Under the pieces are notes generated by a model. It saw only the letters and a program-made list of their open reading frames with translations. It had not been told where the DNA came from and searched no databases. From Moniliella sp. 'wahieum' (lineage: Eukaryota): 45,704 bases of DNA. Made by a program: the position numbers and the translations under genes. The stretch is taken from positions 744,001 to 789,704 of the forward strand of contig RSEE01000020.1 of the NCBI GenBank assembly GCA_003971905.1. Reading direction: 5' to 3'. Shown here in pieces: positions 34,279 through 45,704 of the stretch. The stretch's first letter is position 1. Each line of letters starts with the position of its first letter.

Positions 34279-35787
34279 GGCGCGGCAGGGGCGGGGGCGG
34301 GCAGATGGGGGCCAGGCGGGGCGGATGGTGGTTGGGTTCGCGCGGTGCTATCGAACGTGGGCAATCAAAGCGTCGCCCAAGCAGCGGCGACGCGTGCTGA
34401 CCTAAGCCGTGGGGGCGGGCATTATGTCATGGGCAGCGTGCGCTGGGCCACACTGGCGCTGGGCGGCGGGGCGGGCGCATCGGGCCATGCATCACACATC
34501 ACACACATGCACATGACCACATCACACACGCCTGTCGACTGCTGTGCCTGCGCTGCGTTTGCACTGCATGGTCCTTCTTATAGTGACCAGTGACTAGTGA
34601 CTAGTGCTCGTGACAGAATAACGACTTCGATGGAGCGAGCAGCTACTGACTACCCCCGATGCGGATGCATGGGCCTGCTGACGACAAGAGACGGCCATCT
34701 TACCCACCTCTCCCTCGCCTCTGCCACGCAGGCCCCACACCGGCAGCCGACCCAACGAGCATGGCCGAAGAAGGATGGCGATGGGAGGCGAACGCTACTA
34801 GCATCGGACTGTGGGGAGCCCAAGCGGGGCTTGTGATATCAAACCAAGTCTGTAGCATTTCCAGCCCATATTGACTGTGTGTGTGGACTGAACGCAGGGA
34901 AGAGATGTGGGGATAGCTGCTGTTTGGGGTTGCCTCAGGAGGTGTTGACTCGTGAGAGGAACACAAGTAGTATACCTCTGGGCAGACACCCCGGGATTTC
35001 TTCTTCTTCATGGCCTGATGAGAGGACACACGCGGACTGTGGCTACCACAAGGCTGGTAAGACGACGTTTTTTGAGTCATAATCTCCTTGAAGTGTGTAG
35101 TGGATCCGAATCTTTTCGTAATCGTTGGTGAATCCGCCAAACCCATCCGCACCCATGGGGGCTACATCCAATCTGGAAACGGTTAACTGGAAAACCAGAG
35201 AGACGTTACCTTCTTGTAGAAGACCAGAGAGCAGGCAGTTGATGGTATATTACCTTGCACATGAGCTACAGAGCAAGTAGGAAATATTACTGCCCTCCAG
35301 GACCGAATATTGGAAGGAATGAACCCGAAGGTTACGCGCTTGGGCTACTGGCGCTACTACACCACAGTGTAGCGCCACACTTCTGGAGATTATACCACCA
35401 GGATCATCATCCTCGGTGGGGGGCGCATTGAAACTGCCACCAAAAAGGCGGAGTGTGAGCGAGCCTGCCGTGGGCCAAACACCTGTCGTGCGCGTGCGGA
35501 TAACCTATTGCAAAAATGTCATGATTCCCCAACATAGTGGGAGACGACAAAAGCAGGGAGAGTATAGATTGCAGGAAAAAGAGAGAGAAGCATTGCATAC
35601 CAACTTTTCAAACAAAGGAGAGAGGCCAAGATCGACCCAATAGTAAAGAATGTGCGTTCCACGGTGCAAAAGATACATATTGGCAGTCCAAAGACGGTGA
35701 AAAGAAAAGCAAGTAAGTTATAATGAGATCGACGATTCAAGCCCATTTTGTATCTGTTCTGGTCGGTCTTCCTTGTAAATATATAGC

Positions 35788-37499
35788 TCAAGCTGCGTCC
35801 CAAAAGGCGAGCAGGCCAGGGAAGTTGGGCACCCCCAAACCCGTGGCTGGGTCCCACCCTGGACCCGAAGGGAAGCACAAGTTCAAATCCGGACAGCCAC
35901 AGGTGGTGCCGTTGGTAATGTCACGCGCACCGCACCGCGCTGTTGACCGTGCTGGTAGAGACGTGGATGAACGAACCCGACCGTCTTCCGACCTTTTTGA
36001 CGCAGCGCCGAGTTGACCAAGGCCAGATGGGCCGCCCAAATCGGTGCCGAGGCCGAGGTTCCCGCGACGGTCATGGTCACATTGTTCACCACGACAGCGA
36101 TTCCTTCCCCAAACGCCGACACATCAGTGAGAGCCCGCCCGGTTTGATTGACGTATTTGGTAAGGTTGTGGGGAAGCGAGCGAAGATAGGCAGAAGAAAT
36201 GTTGGCCTGCCAGGAGCGGGCCTTGTTGAGGTTGCTCCAGCCTGCGCCGGACCAGACGCCAACGTTGGGTGAGGGCGCGGTATAGGGTTGGTGGCCTGTT
36301 CGGGATTGGTACCGGGGTGCTGCCGACGATGAGAATGGAGGAGGTGGTAGGCCAAGGGGGCTTAATTCCGGTCGTGCATGTCTCCCCAGTTTGGTCCACC
36401 CCAGAATCCCCGCTAGCAAACACGGTGGTCGTTCCCTGGGCGGCAAGGGCCAGCGCTGTTTTGTACCACCGCCGAGCATCGTCCTTGGTCATATCGGCTT
36501 CGGATGGTCCGTACGAGACACTGATCACTCCCGGCTTGACGGCGCTGTCGAGTACATGCTCCAATGGCTTGAGGTATGTGTCGCCTTCATTCATCCCACT
36601 CAGGAGAAAATCAACCTTGAGTGGCGCAGCAATCCCCACGGCCATTTCCAAGTCAAGCATCGTCTCTGTTCCGCCGTACGGACCTGATGCAGAAGAAGAG
36701 ATTTGATAGGTGGAAGTGTCAACCTTGTAGTGGGCCATATCGGGGCGATTAGTCCGAAGGTAGGTAGTCAGGTCCGAATCGAGGAATTGCTGCGACTCGC
36801 CAAAACCAATGACAAGTAGATCCGTCTCATTGCTCGGAACGGGATTAAAGCGGGCCGAGCCATAGTGCTGGCGGATGCAACTCAAGGTAACAAATGTATC
36901 TGAGCACCCTTGGGGATGCTGTTTCATTGTCTGAATCTCCCTTGCCACCTCACTCGGGTTGAAGCGATGACTGACACGATGCAACGGAGCCGGAATAAGG
37001 AAGGAGGTGAGAGGCGTAATGCTCTCTACCGCTTCCTCCAGCTCGTCGGGGACGGTGTACGACTCGGAGCGATAGAAGCGAACGTTGCTTCCCAGCGCGT
37101 ACAGTCCGAGCGGCGCCTGGAACATGTCGGTCACAGCTTGGTGGCTGCTAGTGAACGATACCCGATCCAGCGGGCTCCATTCAGCGTCCAGGACATTTTG
37201 CTTTTCGAGCCAGCTGGTAACGGTAGCCATACGGGATGGAGGGGGAGCCAGGTAGTTCTTTACCTCGTCGGGGGTGAGCCAGCGACCGTCCATCTGAGCA
37301 GCAAGCTCAGTCACTTTGTCCTCCAGCGCGCCAAGATGGTGCGAGGTGAGGTGAAGAGTTATCCGATAGGGCTCGGCTGCGTCAGCGCGGGCACCGACCA
37401 CCTTTTTGCTGGCTGCTCCGGCGGTGCATGGTGGACACGCGCGGCCGCAACGAGACTTGCGCCAAGGAAGGCGGACATGGCCAGCCTGGGGAAGAGCAT
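35788..37499 (-). CDS. Secreted sedolisin (peptidase S53, tripeptidyl-peptidase-like)
   Basis: Signal-like start MLFPRLAMSAFLGASLVAA, prodomain, ETMLD (catalytic Glu/Asp), ISVSYG, SGDSG, AGTSASAP (Ser), DITNG, GWDPATGLGVPNF. TATA-like element at 37581-37588. Frameshifts present. Confidence 0.93.
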
Positions 37500-38305
37500 G
37501 GTGACAATAGCGAGTCACACAAACTTGTGGGTGGGGGCGGGGATCAGGGACGTAGACCAGGACGATGTCGGGAGAGGGAGATATATAACAGTAAAAATCC
37601 GAGGCCGAGCAGTGGCGCTCTGGTGGTCATAGCGCTTACTTGCTATATGCAGCAGATCCACTCCACTCAGTATACCCTGTGGTTACCGCTACATAGCCGC
37701 CGGACCCCGCACCGGGGCAGTGTGTAGGCACGTCCCGCTGTGCGGCTTAGGTGGGTACGAGCGGAGTCAGCGAGTGGTGCACGGGGCGCCAAGACTGGCC
37801 TGCTGCCCGGTGCCTGACGCCAATGTGGCCCCGCAAGGTGCTCGTGTGCTTGGACTTGGACTCAACGCACCACGCCAGTGGATCCACCGGGGATTCTCCC
37901 GCCACTTCTATATACTCGCCGCTTTGGCGCTCTGCCATGGCTCCCCACCCCACTCCCAAGGGTGCCTTGCATTCGTAGATCCGTAGGTGCTGTTTTTGCC
38001 GTTGCCATCAGCTCTGTGCGACATGTCGCTGCCGACGGCTCTCTCTCTCTCTCTCCATCATTTGGCCGCTGCTGCCATCATATTGCCCCTGTCAGTACAT
38101 CTCACCACCACTCGCCACTGTCGATGCTCCTCCGGCAACCTCCTCCTTGCGTGCTATACTGCGCCGCTTACTCAACCGCGTCCATGTTAGTCCCGCTATT
38201 GTCTTCGAAACCCAAAATATAATGTGGTGTTGGATATAGATGTGAAACACGGCGCGGGTGCTTGATCCAAACTACTAGCTTTGGGAGCAGAGCTTTCAAC
38301 TGATT

Positions 38306-38354
38306 GAAGCTTCGCTCTATGAAGCGCCTTCTCAGGAAGCTTCGCTCTGTGAAG
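38306..38354. repeat. 19-bp direct repeat, 30-bp period
   Basis: GAAGCTTCGCTCT(A/G)TGAAG at 38306-38324 and 38336-38354. Confidence 0.75.
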
Positions 38355-38468
38355 TTCTCCTTCTGAATGTATTGAGAAGAAGGCAGAAGGGATACACAGA
38401 AAAAATCGCCAGAGAAGCTCGGAAGCATCTGCAGTACAGGTTATATCAGGTCGAACCCTGGACAGTCT

Positions 38469-38561
38469 CTCTCCTTAGCTCAGTTGGAAGAGCGTCAGAT
38501 TGTAATTGGTTAGCTGGAGTATCCGCTCTGAATGTCCTGGGTTCGACTCCCAGAGGGGAGA
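38469..38561 (+). tRNA. tRNA-Tyr(GTA) with 20-nt intron
   Basis: Acceptor CTCTCCT/AGGGGAG with A73; D-arm GCTC/GAGC; anticodon stem TCAGA/TCTGA with GTA at 38502-38504; intron 38506-38525; T-arm CTGGG-TTCGACT-CCCAG; T-run just downstream. Confidence 0.93.
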
Positions 38562-38833
38562 ATCTTTTGAAGATTTTTCCTAGCCACAAACTGAGTTCTA
38601 CCCAGGCCACAGCCGGGAGGGTGTGCGCGGGTTTCCCACACCCAGTCTTCTCTTCCTTTTCGCTCCTCCTACTGGACAGCGAGTTCCTAAGGCATCAGCG
38701 GGAGTCCATCCCGATTGGCCTGTTTAATGTTCAACGTTCAGCCTCCTTGTGAACACATGAGATGCGCAGGTTCATTCATGCAAGGAACACATGGGAGCAG
38801 ACGCAAGTGAAAAAAGCTCGGATGGAAAGTCCT

Positions 38834-39401
38834 CTACTTGGACTCAATGTCCTTGACCTCGGCCTCGAGCTGGACAAAACAAACAATGAAGGTAGTCAGG
38901 CATTCCATCCTTCTCGCAGCGTTCGAGTGGGGCGGAGCAAGCAGTTCGAGTCATCAGGCAAGCGTGATCCATTCCATCTCCCCATCCCTTCCCGTAGACT
39001 GAGTTGGGTCCACAGCTAGGGAGAGCAGAGCTTAGGCTCAGGGGAGGGGAGGCGGGCCCGAATGAAACACCCGAGGGAGGGACATACCTTCTCAATCTCC
39101 TTCTTGTGGGCCTCGATCTTCTCCTTGTCTGCACAAGAGGAAGGGGGAAGATAAAGTCAGCAAAGCTAGGAATGTCACCCCACCCATGGGTTGCACACGG
39201 CGGGGGGGGGGGACGTACACTTCTTGAGCTGCTCAGCCTCGTGCTGCTTAATGTAGACACTCTCCTCGCCCTGCTCGCGGTTCTTGTAGGACGCCGAGGT
39301 GGCCGTCGCGCCAGCTGAGTTCCCAACTGGGCCAGAGGCGAAGCGAACTTGGCCAGCCATGCGGGGGCGGCGAGAGCGGCACGGCGAAGGGGGGCAAGCA
39401 T
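38834..39401 (-). CDS. Mitochondrial ATP synthase inhibitor IF1 (Inh1/Stf1 family)
   Basis: Transit peptide MLAPLRRAAL, then GATATSASYKNREQGEESVYIKQHEAEQLKK|YKEKIEAHKKEIEK|LEAEVKDIESK* using two introns (second 38870-39087). One frameshift near the N-terminus. Confidence 0.85.
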
Positions 39402-42352
39402 GATAGTGGTGGTGGGGGTTGTGGGGGTGGTGGGGTGGGCTGATCTTTGCGGGCGTGGTGCACAAGCCAAGCCAGCCAAGCCCCGTCCGGGTGTTCTCGC
39501 CGGGTGGGGTAGGGTTGCGGGGGTTCGGTGACAAATGGCAGGACTGCCCCTGTGCTGGGGGACGCCAGCTGGCAGTGCGCGGGGCGGCACGGGGGCAGCG
39601 TGGCTCGCGGCATGGCCGGTCAGATCGATCAGACTACGCCAGGGTTATTATGGCTGGCTATAATCTAACCAGGTGGGTTTGATCATTTGTGCCGGATCCG
39701 CATAGTTGGCTGGCCCCAACAACTTGCAGCCGATGTCTTTGCCCTGCCCCTCTGCCTCGCCCCTGCTGGCTCGGGGCCCTAGGCCGTCGGCGATCACGTG
39801 GGCGGGGTACGAGAGGTTGCGGCGCCCAAGGCACCCACTCTGCCCCCCTGGTGCCGTCGTCCTGGCAGCCCCGACCGAGGGCCGACCGATGGAGGCCTGT
39901 CCATCGTCCAGTACCTCAAGGAGGCTGCTAGGCCTATTGAAGTCCACGCAGAGCACTACGATTCGTCTCCACATGGCAGTGTGAATGCATGCATAATGCG
40001 ATGTTGTGTCGGTCATGGAGAGAGAGGGGGGGTAGCACATTCGCTAGCACGATACCCACTTTTTTCCGACTGGATCAGAAACCACGACATTCTTATCGGC
40101 GCCGACAGTCTTTTTCCCATGATGTGCACGATGTATGGTGCGTGGGAAACAGAGCCTCTCGGGAGGAAGTCGCCTGCAAATCGGGGAACACTTGGAGCGC
40201 AACGAGGTCGTGACCGGTTTGGGCGCGTGTCGCAGACATCCAAATACATGCACTTGACGGCGATTCAATGTGATCGAAGCGAGAGCAAAGCACGAGGTTA
40301 TGGCCAGGCACGCACAGCATTTTATAGAAGAGTATGAGCAAAAATTGAAGGAAAAGTGAACGGCAGAGGCAGATTACTTGTATGGGGGGCCCAGCAAAAT
40401 TGCCCCACTGGTTGAGCACCGCCTCGGTCACAAGCAGCAGCACCCTATATATCTCTCGGTGCGATACGGTGGACTTTGCGTGCAGAGCCCTTGTACAACC
40501 CACTCATCCTTCTTTCTGTACAATGACGCGAGCGATCGGACGATCCAGTTGTATTTTGGCAACACCCTGGCCGAGATTTTGGAGTGTTGGGTCGATCCTT
40601 GACACCGCATCAGTCTGCACAAGGCGAACAGGACAAGTAGTCACCGGTCTTCTTCGGTGCCATATCTGGGGATCGTACTTTGAGGGTGTTGATCGCGGCC
40701 CAAACACGATACCTCCATAGCACCGGGAATGAAGTTGCTCAGTTCTTGCGTTTTGGACTGATCCTTCCACGGCCAAACACACTTTTCACACACAGTACAC
40801 AGGTGGACACCCGACATATGGTTGGGTTAGGCAAGAGACCCTTGACCTGGTAGATGCAACCAAAGTATCTGTTATTCAGGTCATATGTCGCCAAAACGTC
40901 CATTCCATCCCCTTGTACAGCCCCACACTGGTCCGTGGGCCTGTGACAATCATTTTGACTACATCCATGGAGCCGAGTAAAGCTGAGCCGAGGTCTTGTC
41001 CTGCGAACGAATCTTGACGAGCTCAAACGTCATCACGATAAACCGTTCGGTTGTACCGGCCTTGCGCCCAGTGACCAAGGAGAGGGACTGGCTCGCCCCC
41101 GTCAAAACTGACAGAACTGAGTCCTCCAAAATGTTCTTGACCGCTTTCTTAGGCTCCTCGAGACAGACGGGCTGCGCAGCCCGTCCACGATACAGCGTCC
41201 CAGGCCCTTCGGTTTTGATATCTGGGCAAAGCAGTTCACCATGTTGTAGTACAAAAAGGGACCGGAGCCGGCCGTCTGCAACTGCATCGTCATCACGGTG
41301 TCTTTTGACCACTTCCGGTCCGAGAGTAGTAGCGAGTACGTGGATGCAGAGTGGCGAGTTCGCTATGGGCCAGGGGGAGTGACGAGGTTCGTACCAAGCG
41401 GGTACAGGCGCAGCAACTCGGTGACCCCGGCGATAGCACCTGCCGAGAATTGAGCGTAGAAAAAGGCAGAGCGTCGCAGTCCAGGATCTAATTTTGGCCC
41501 CACTCGATCGATTAACGTTAAAACACGTTAAACGTCAACCGTGAAACGCACACCCAGCACCCCAGCAGCACAAATTAACTGCATGCCACGCGTGACCGTC
41601 CAGCTTTGAGCTCTGCAAGCTTATAGGCGGGTTACCGGTTATGATGCTTGAGGCTCCCTGATGGGCCTGATGGGGGTGCGACCGGGACCGGGAAAACCGG
41701 TAATTAGGTGAGCTCTGGGCACGCTACAGCTTGCTCGGCTCCTACTGCGCCACGTTTCAGCGACCTTTCTCTATATAACGATCCATTTCAGCTCGACTGC
41801 GGGGACGGGTGGCCACCAATGGGTCATACACCTTCAAGCTATTCACCGCGAATAACCCAGTTCCGTGAATCTGTGGGGCTCGAAAGGATCCCCGCGCCCA
41901 TGGTTTCTCGGCCCATTTCGCATCTTTTTGCATCATGCATCATGTTCATGCAGCGGCGCGCAGCACCTCGCATGGCGCCGACGGAGCACCACATCCAGGT
42001 CAGCTGACGGGCGGTGCCGGAATATTACAGTGGCGTGGGAAATGGTGCCACAAGCCTAGCTAGCAATGTGGGCGATGGGCAGGATGGAGAGGGTGGTTGC
42101 TGAGCTAACGGGTGCTAGACCTTGGCGAGAACGGCTCGTGAATTGTGCGCTGGTGTGCGCCTGTGCGCCGTCGTTGTGCTATCGCTTGTCGATCTGCGCG
42201 GCCGGATCGCTGATTGCGCTGATTATAGTAGCGGAACCGGGGCGCATTCCGTGGCGCAACCCCACGCACCGCCTCTGGGGTATAGTGGGGCCTGTGGGAA
42301 GCACGGCGGCCGGGCCAGCGCCACCTCCACCGCCAGCTGCGCAGGGGCCGCG

Positions 42353-45300
42353 ATGGCGTCGGAGGCTCTCATGCCCGTCGAGACGACGAGCTTCGCCGCT
42401 GTCAATGCCCTGCTCGCTGCCCATGGGCGCGCCCTCGACCCCAGCCTCAGCGCGGCGCAGGCAGCTGCCCAGGGCGACCTGGGCGCCGGCACCCCCTACG
42501 TCGTCCATTGCGACCCCCTCCCCGACGGACGCACCCGCTGGCATCTGCGCCCGCGCCGCACCGGCACAGCGGCGGCGATGCGGACTCGGTCCAGCACGGC
42601 GACATGCTCGGCGCCCTGCTGGCCATCCAACCCGGTTGGACTCATACCCCGTCCCCGTTGTTCCCCGTGCCCCCATCACCGCTCGGCGCGGGACTCCGCT
42701 TCCACCCGCTTCCCAATAACTTCCCCCTCCGCTCCGCCATCTGGGCCACATCAAGTGCCCAGGAGCCACACGACTTGCTCGAGATATCGGGCCCAGATGA
42801 CCCCTCTTCCCCACGAGGTCCCGTCCCGGCGTCGATCCAATCGCCACCCTGGGTTTTCTCTTCCCCATCACCAGGCCCACCCCCCCGCTTGCCTGTCCAC
42901 TGCGGCCGTCCGATCTTTCCGCTCTTTTTCCTCCGGGACGTGCGTCCTTGTTGGCAGCCTCAACCCAGCAGCTGGTGGAACACCTCACCCACCTCTTCGA
43001 CACGCGTTTGCAGACTGACTTTTCTACACCTTCCGCCTCATCATGACCCCTGCCGCCTTGCTCAACATGCTTCTCCTGCGCCTGGAAGGCACACTTTGCC
43101 CTCTCAAATCCCGCTGACGCTGTGGTCCGTGTTCGCACCATGGTTCTTCTCCGCTTCTGGCTTCAGCACTTTTTCGAGGACGACTGGTATTCTTCCTCCT
43201 CCCTACGCGGCACACTATGCACTTGGCTCAATAGCTTCCCCGATGCGGATGGGGTCCTGAGCGCGCTGCGCAAGACGGTCCGTAGCCTCGAACGCATGTA
43301 CTCTCCCGCCACTCCTCTGAGGAAGGGGCACCACTAGACCTGTCCGATCTCCTGGATCGCACCGCCTGGCCGCGCGCCACCCTGACCAACCTGACACCCC
43401 GTTTGCGTCCGCCCCCAAGACCAAAGCAGTGTCGTCGGGACGCAAATTCTTCCATCGAATGTCCCGCAATCCTACGCGTCAATCTCCCAAACCTCGTCCG
43501 GCTTCCACCAAGCCTGCCACAGAGCCACCACCGTTGCAGCCTGATCTCCTTACCAACCCACGGTTACTTTCCGAGTTTCTGCAGTTTTACCAAATCAAGC
43601 GGTCGCCATCACCGGTGTCTATGGATCCACCTCAAGAGGATGGCAAGACTTCGTTACATGTATCCCCATCAAAGCACCATGCCCCCCCCGCCCCTCTGCT
43701 GTCGAAGAATCTGAACCTGAGACGAGCCCTGATGAGGACCAGTCCTCGTATCCAACCAGTCCCGAAGAAGTACTGCGCTCATCTAGTTTTGACCATCCCG
43801 ATAGGGTGGATTCCTTGCACCTGGTCGAGCCGCATCACCTGCCGTTCTCCCCGTTGGCCAGACCACGGCTTCACCCTGTGAGCTACGTACGACAGAAGAA
43901 CGGCTGGGCGTTGAAGAACCGTTGTTGTTGGACATATCGATCGACTCCCTGATTCCTCTCTTGCCACTCTCAACCTTAGTTGAGTCAACCCAGCCTCTCC
44001 GTCTTCATTCCGCGTCCTCTGTAGCCAGGAAGCACAGAGGAAATATGCCTCCTCGTCAATGGGAGACGGCACGCGCCATCGTTGTTGCTGCGCCACTCTG
44101 GCCAGCACATGGCTTAGTGCATAAGCCCCTTCTCCCTGCACGTCACCGACCCAGTCGGTCCACGACGGGCACGCGCCCGCCACATCTCTTTCCCAAGGCG
44201 GATCCGGACGTGCCCCTCGATGTCGGATCGACACCTTCTAGTTCTTCGTGCTCGAGTGGAACCCCACTCACCTCGGGGCACCTGCTCACCCCCTTTGCGT
44301 CGAATGCGACGGGAATGTGACGGTGCCAATTCAAACGCGTCGGCCTGCATTCCTGAGAACAGCCATCCCGTAGAAGCTTTGCACCACATTGCCTCCGGAC
44401 GACGAGCGGACTACGATGCCCTGGTGGGTCCTGGTCCGAGGTGGTGCAGGGGACGAGGTGGAGTTGTCAAGTGACGACGAAGGGGATGCGGTGCGCAAGG
44501 CACTGCGACGCCTGCCGGGCGCACGGAACCTTCGGCATGTGCCCACTGTGGACCAACTGCGCCGCTTTCCACTTCGAATCCAGCTCGGAAAAAGACAAAG
44601 CGGCGGTCGTGCGCCCTCTGCCACCATCCGTCGTTCCCCCCACCCCAGCGGCAACTGCAACCGGGCTTTTTGACCAGCGATCTGTTTGATGACGAGCTGG
44701 CCCTGGCCGGGTGCGAGATGGTGGCTGGCTTAGCCTGGATGGATTTGAGTCGGACGGAGAAGAGGTGGGGTGGAGGACGCTCTGGGTCGGCTCGAAGGCG
44801 TCATCTCGGACGAGAAGCGAGCCGCGCGGGCACGCACAGTGCAACGGCTCCTGGCAGATTCGGAGCGTAATGCACCCCGAACGAGCGACGACGGTGCTGC
44901 CCACCTCGGCCCTCGGGAACAAAACCCTCAGCCTCAGCGAGCCACTACGATTGGTGCTCCGCATCCGCCGGCATGGGACGCTTGCCGCCTGTTTCCCGGC
45001 TGCGGGCGCTGCCTCCCCTGCACCGCTCCTTCCTGTTGGACTGGCCTTCGGAACGGATTGCGGGCCAATTGAGTCTGATCGAGGCCGAGCTGTTCACCCA
45101 CGTTACCTGGCAAGAACTGGTGGAGGGACGATGGAAATGTGTCTACCGTCTTCCGAGGTGTACGACTGGGAAGAATTTTACCGCACCCGCATGCGACGGC
45201 GCTTGGCGACAGCACACAGGCCGACACTGCGTTGGCAGTGGTGGCAGCACGGTTTAACTTGGTGGCGCACTGGGTCGCTTCCGAGATCGTTCTCACCCCG

Positions 45301-45704
45301 ACACCACAGGGACGTGCCAGCTTGCTGGCCAAGCTGATCCGCGTCGCGGTGCGATGCTACGAGAAGAACAATGATGCGTCTGGTGCAATTGGTATGTGGA
45401 CTGCAGTCGCCGTGGGTAGCACGGCTGGGGGCGAGTTGGGCGCGCGTGCCCGCGCTGGAAACAACGAGCGCTCAAAGACTTGCGTACGTTCGTCTCGCCT
45501 GCGCGTGGGTTCCGCCACCTGCGCCGTGCGGGGGAACGTGTGCTGCCGGTCGAGGCAGAGGAACTACTGCCTGCGTCGGCTTTGGATCCGCCTGCCCCCC
45601 GAGGCCGAGGCCCATCACGGCCTCGGTCCCGTTCAGTGGGCTGCTGCTCCTCGACTTGGCCCAGTGGATCAGTTGCCCACGCTCCTGCCTGCGGGCACCT
45701 ACCC
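42353..45704 (+). CDS. RasGEF (REM plus CDC25 domain), Lte1-like; runs off window end
   Basis: REM region FFYTFRLIMTP..VRVRTMVLLRFWLQHFFEDDW. CDC25 region RSFLLDWPSERIAGQLSLIEAELFTHVTWQEL, ARFNLVAHWVASEIVL, LAKLIRVA, GLQSPWVARL. Many frameshifts; start approximate. Confidence 0.85.

Noticed and set aside
38896..38958. Possible box C/D snoRNA in the IF1 intron (TGATGA..CTGA)
   Set aside because: The CTGA is the branch point, there is no terminal stem and no recognisable rRNA guide.

Overview
Eukaryotic, fungal DNA, probably a basidiomycete (inferred from gene content, short GT-AG introns with CTRAC branch points and GC-rich coding regions). Recognisable genes in order: mitochondrial aconitase (partial), Mph1/FANCM helicase, a velvet-domain gene not evident as a single ORF, mitoferrin, pyruvate decarboxylase, an Old Yellow Enzyme, a myosin light chain, an intron-containing Crypton-like tyrosine recombinase, a TBC Rab-GAP, Mic19, a ubiquitin-like/AN1 zinc-finger protein, an oxysterol-binding protein, an S53 sedolisin, tRNA-Tyr, ATPase inhibitor IF1 and an Lte1-like RasGEF (partial). 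Almost every gene has small indels, often in homopolymers, most simply read as uncorrected long-read errors, so residue-level claims need read support. Best leads: (1) the velvet protein lacks the basic DNA-binding loop; (2) the recombinase has intact introns but substituted catalytic His and Tyr; (3) an orphan, decayed DBP2 last exon keeps its 3' splice site; (4) 7-bp-period GTCACNN arrays recur upstream of several genes. All assignments are by eye from remembered family motifs; no searches were run.
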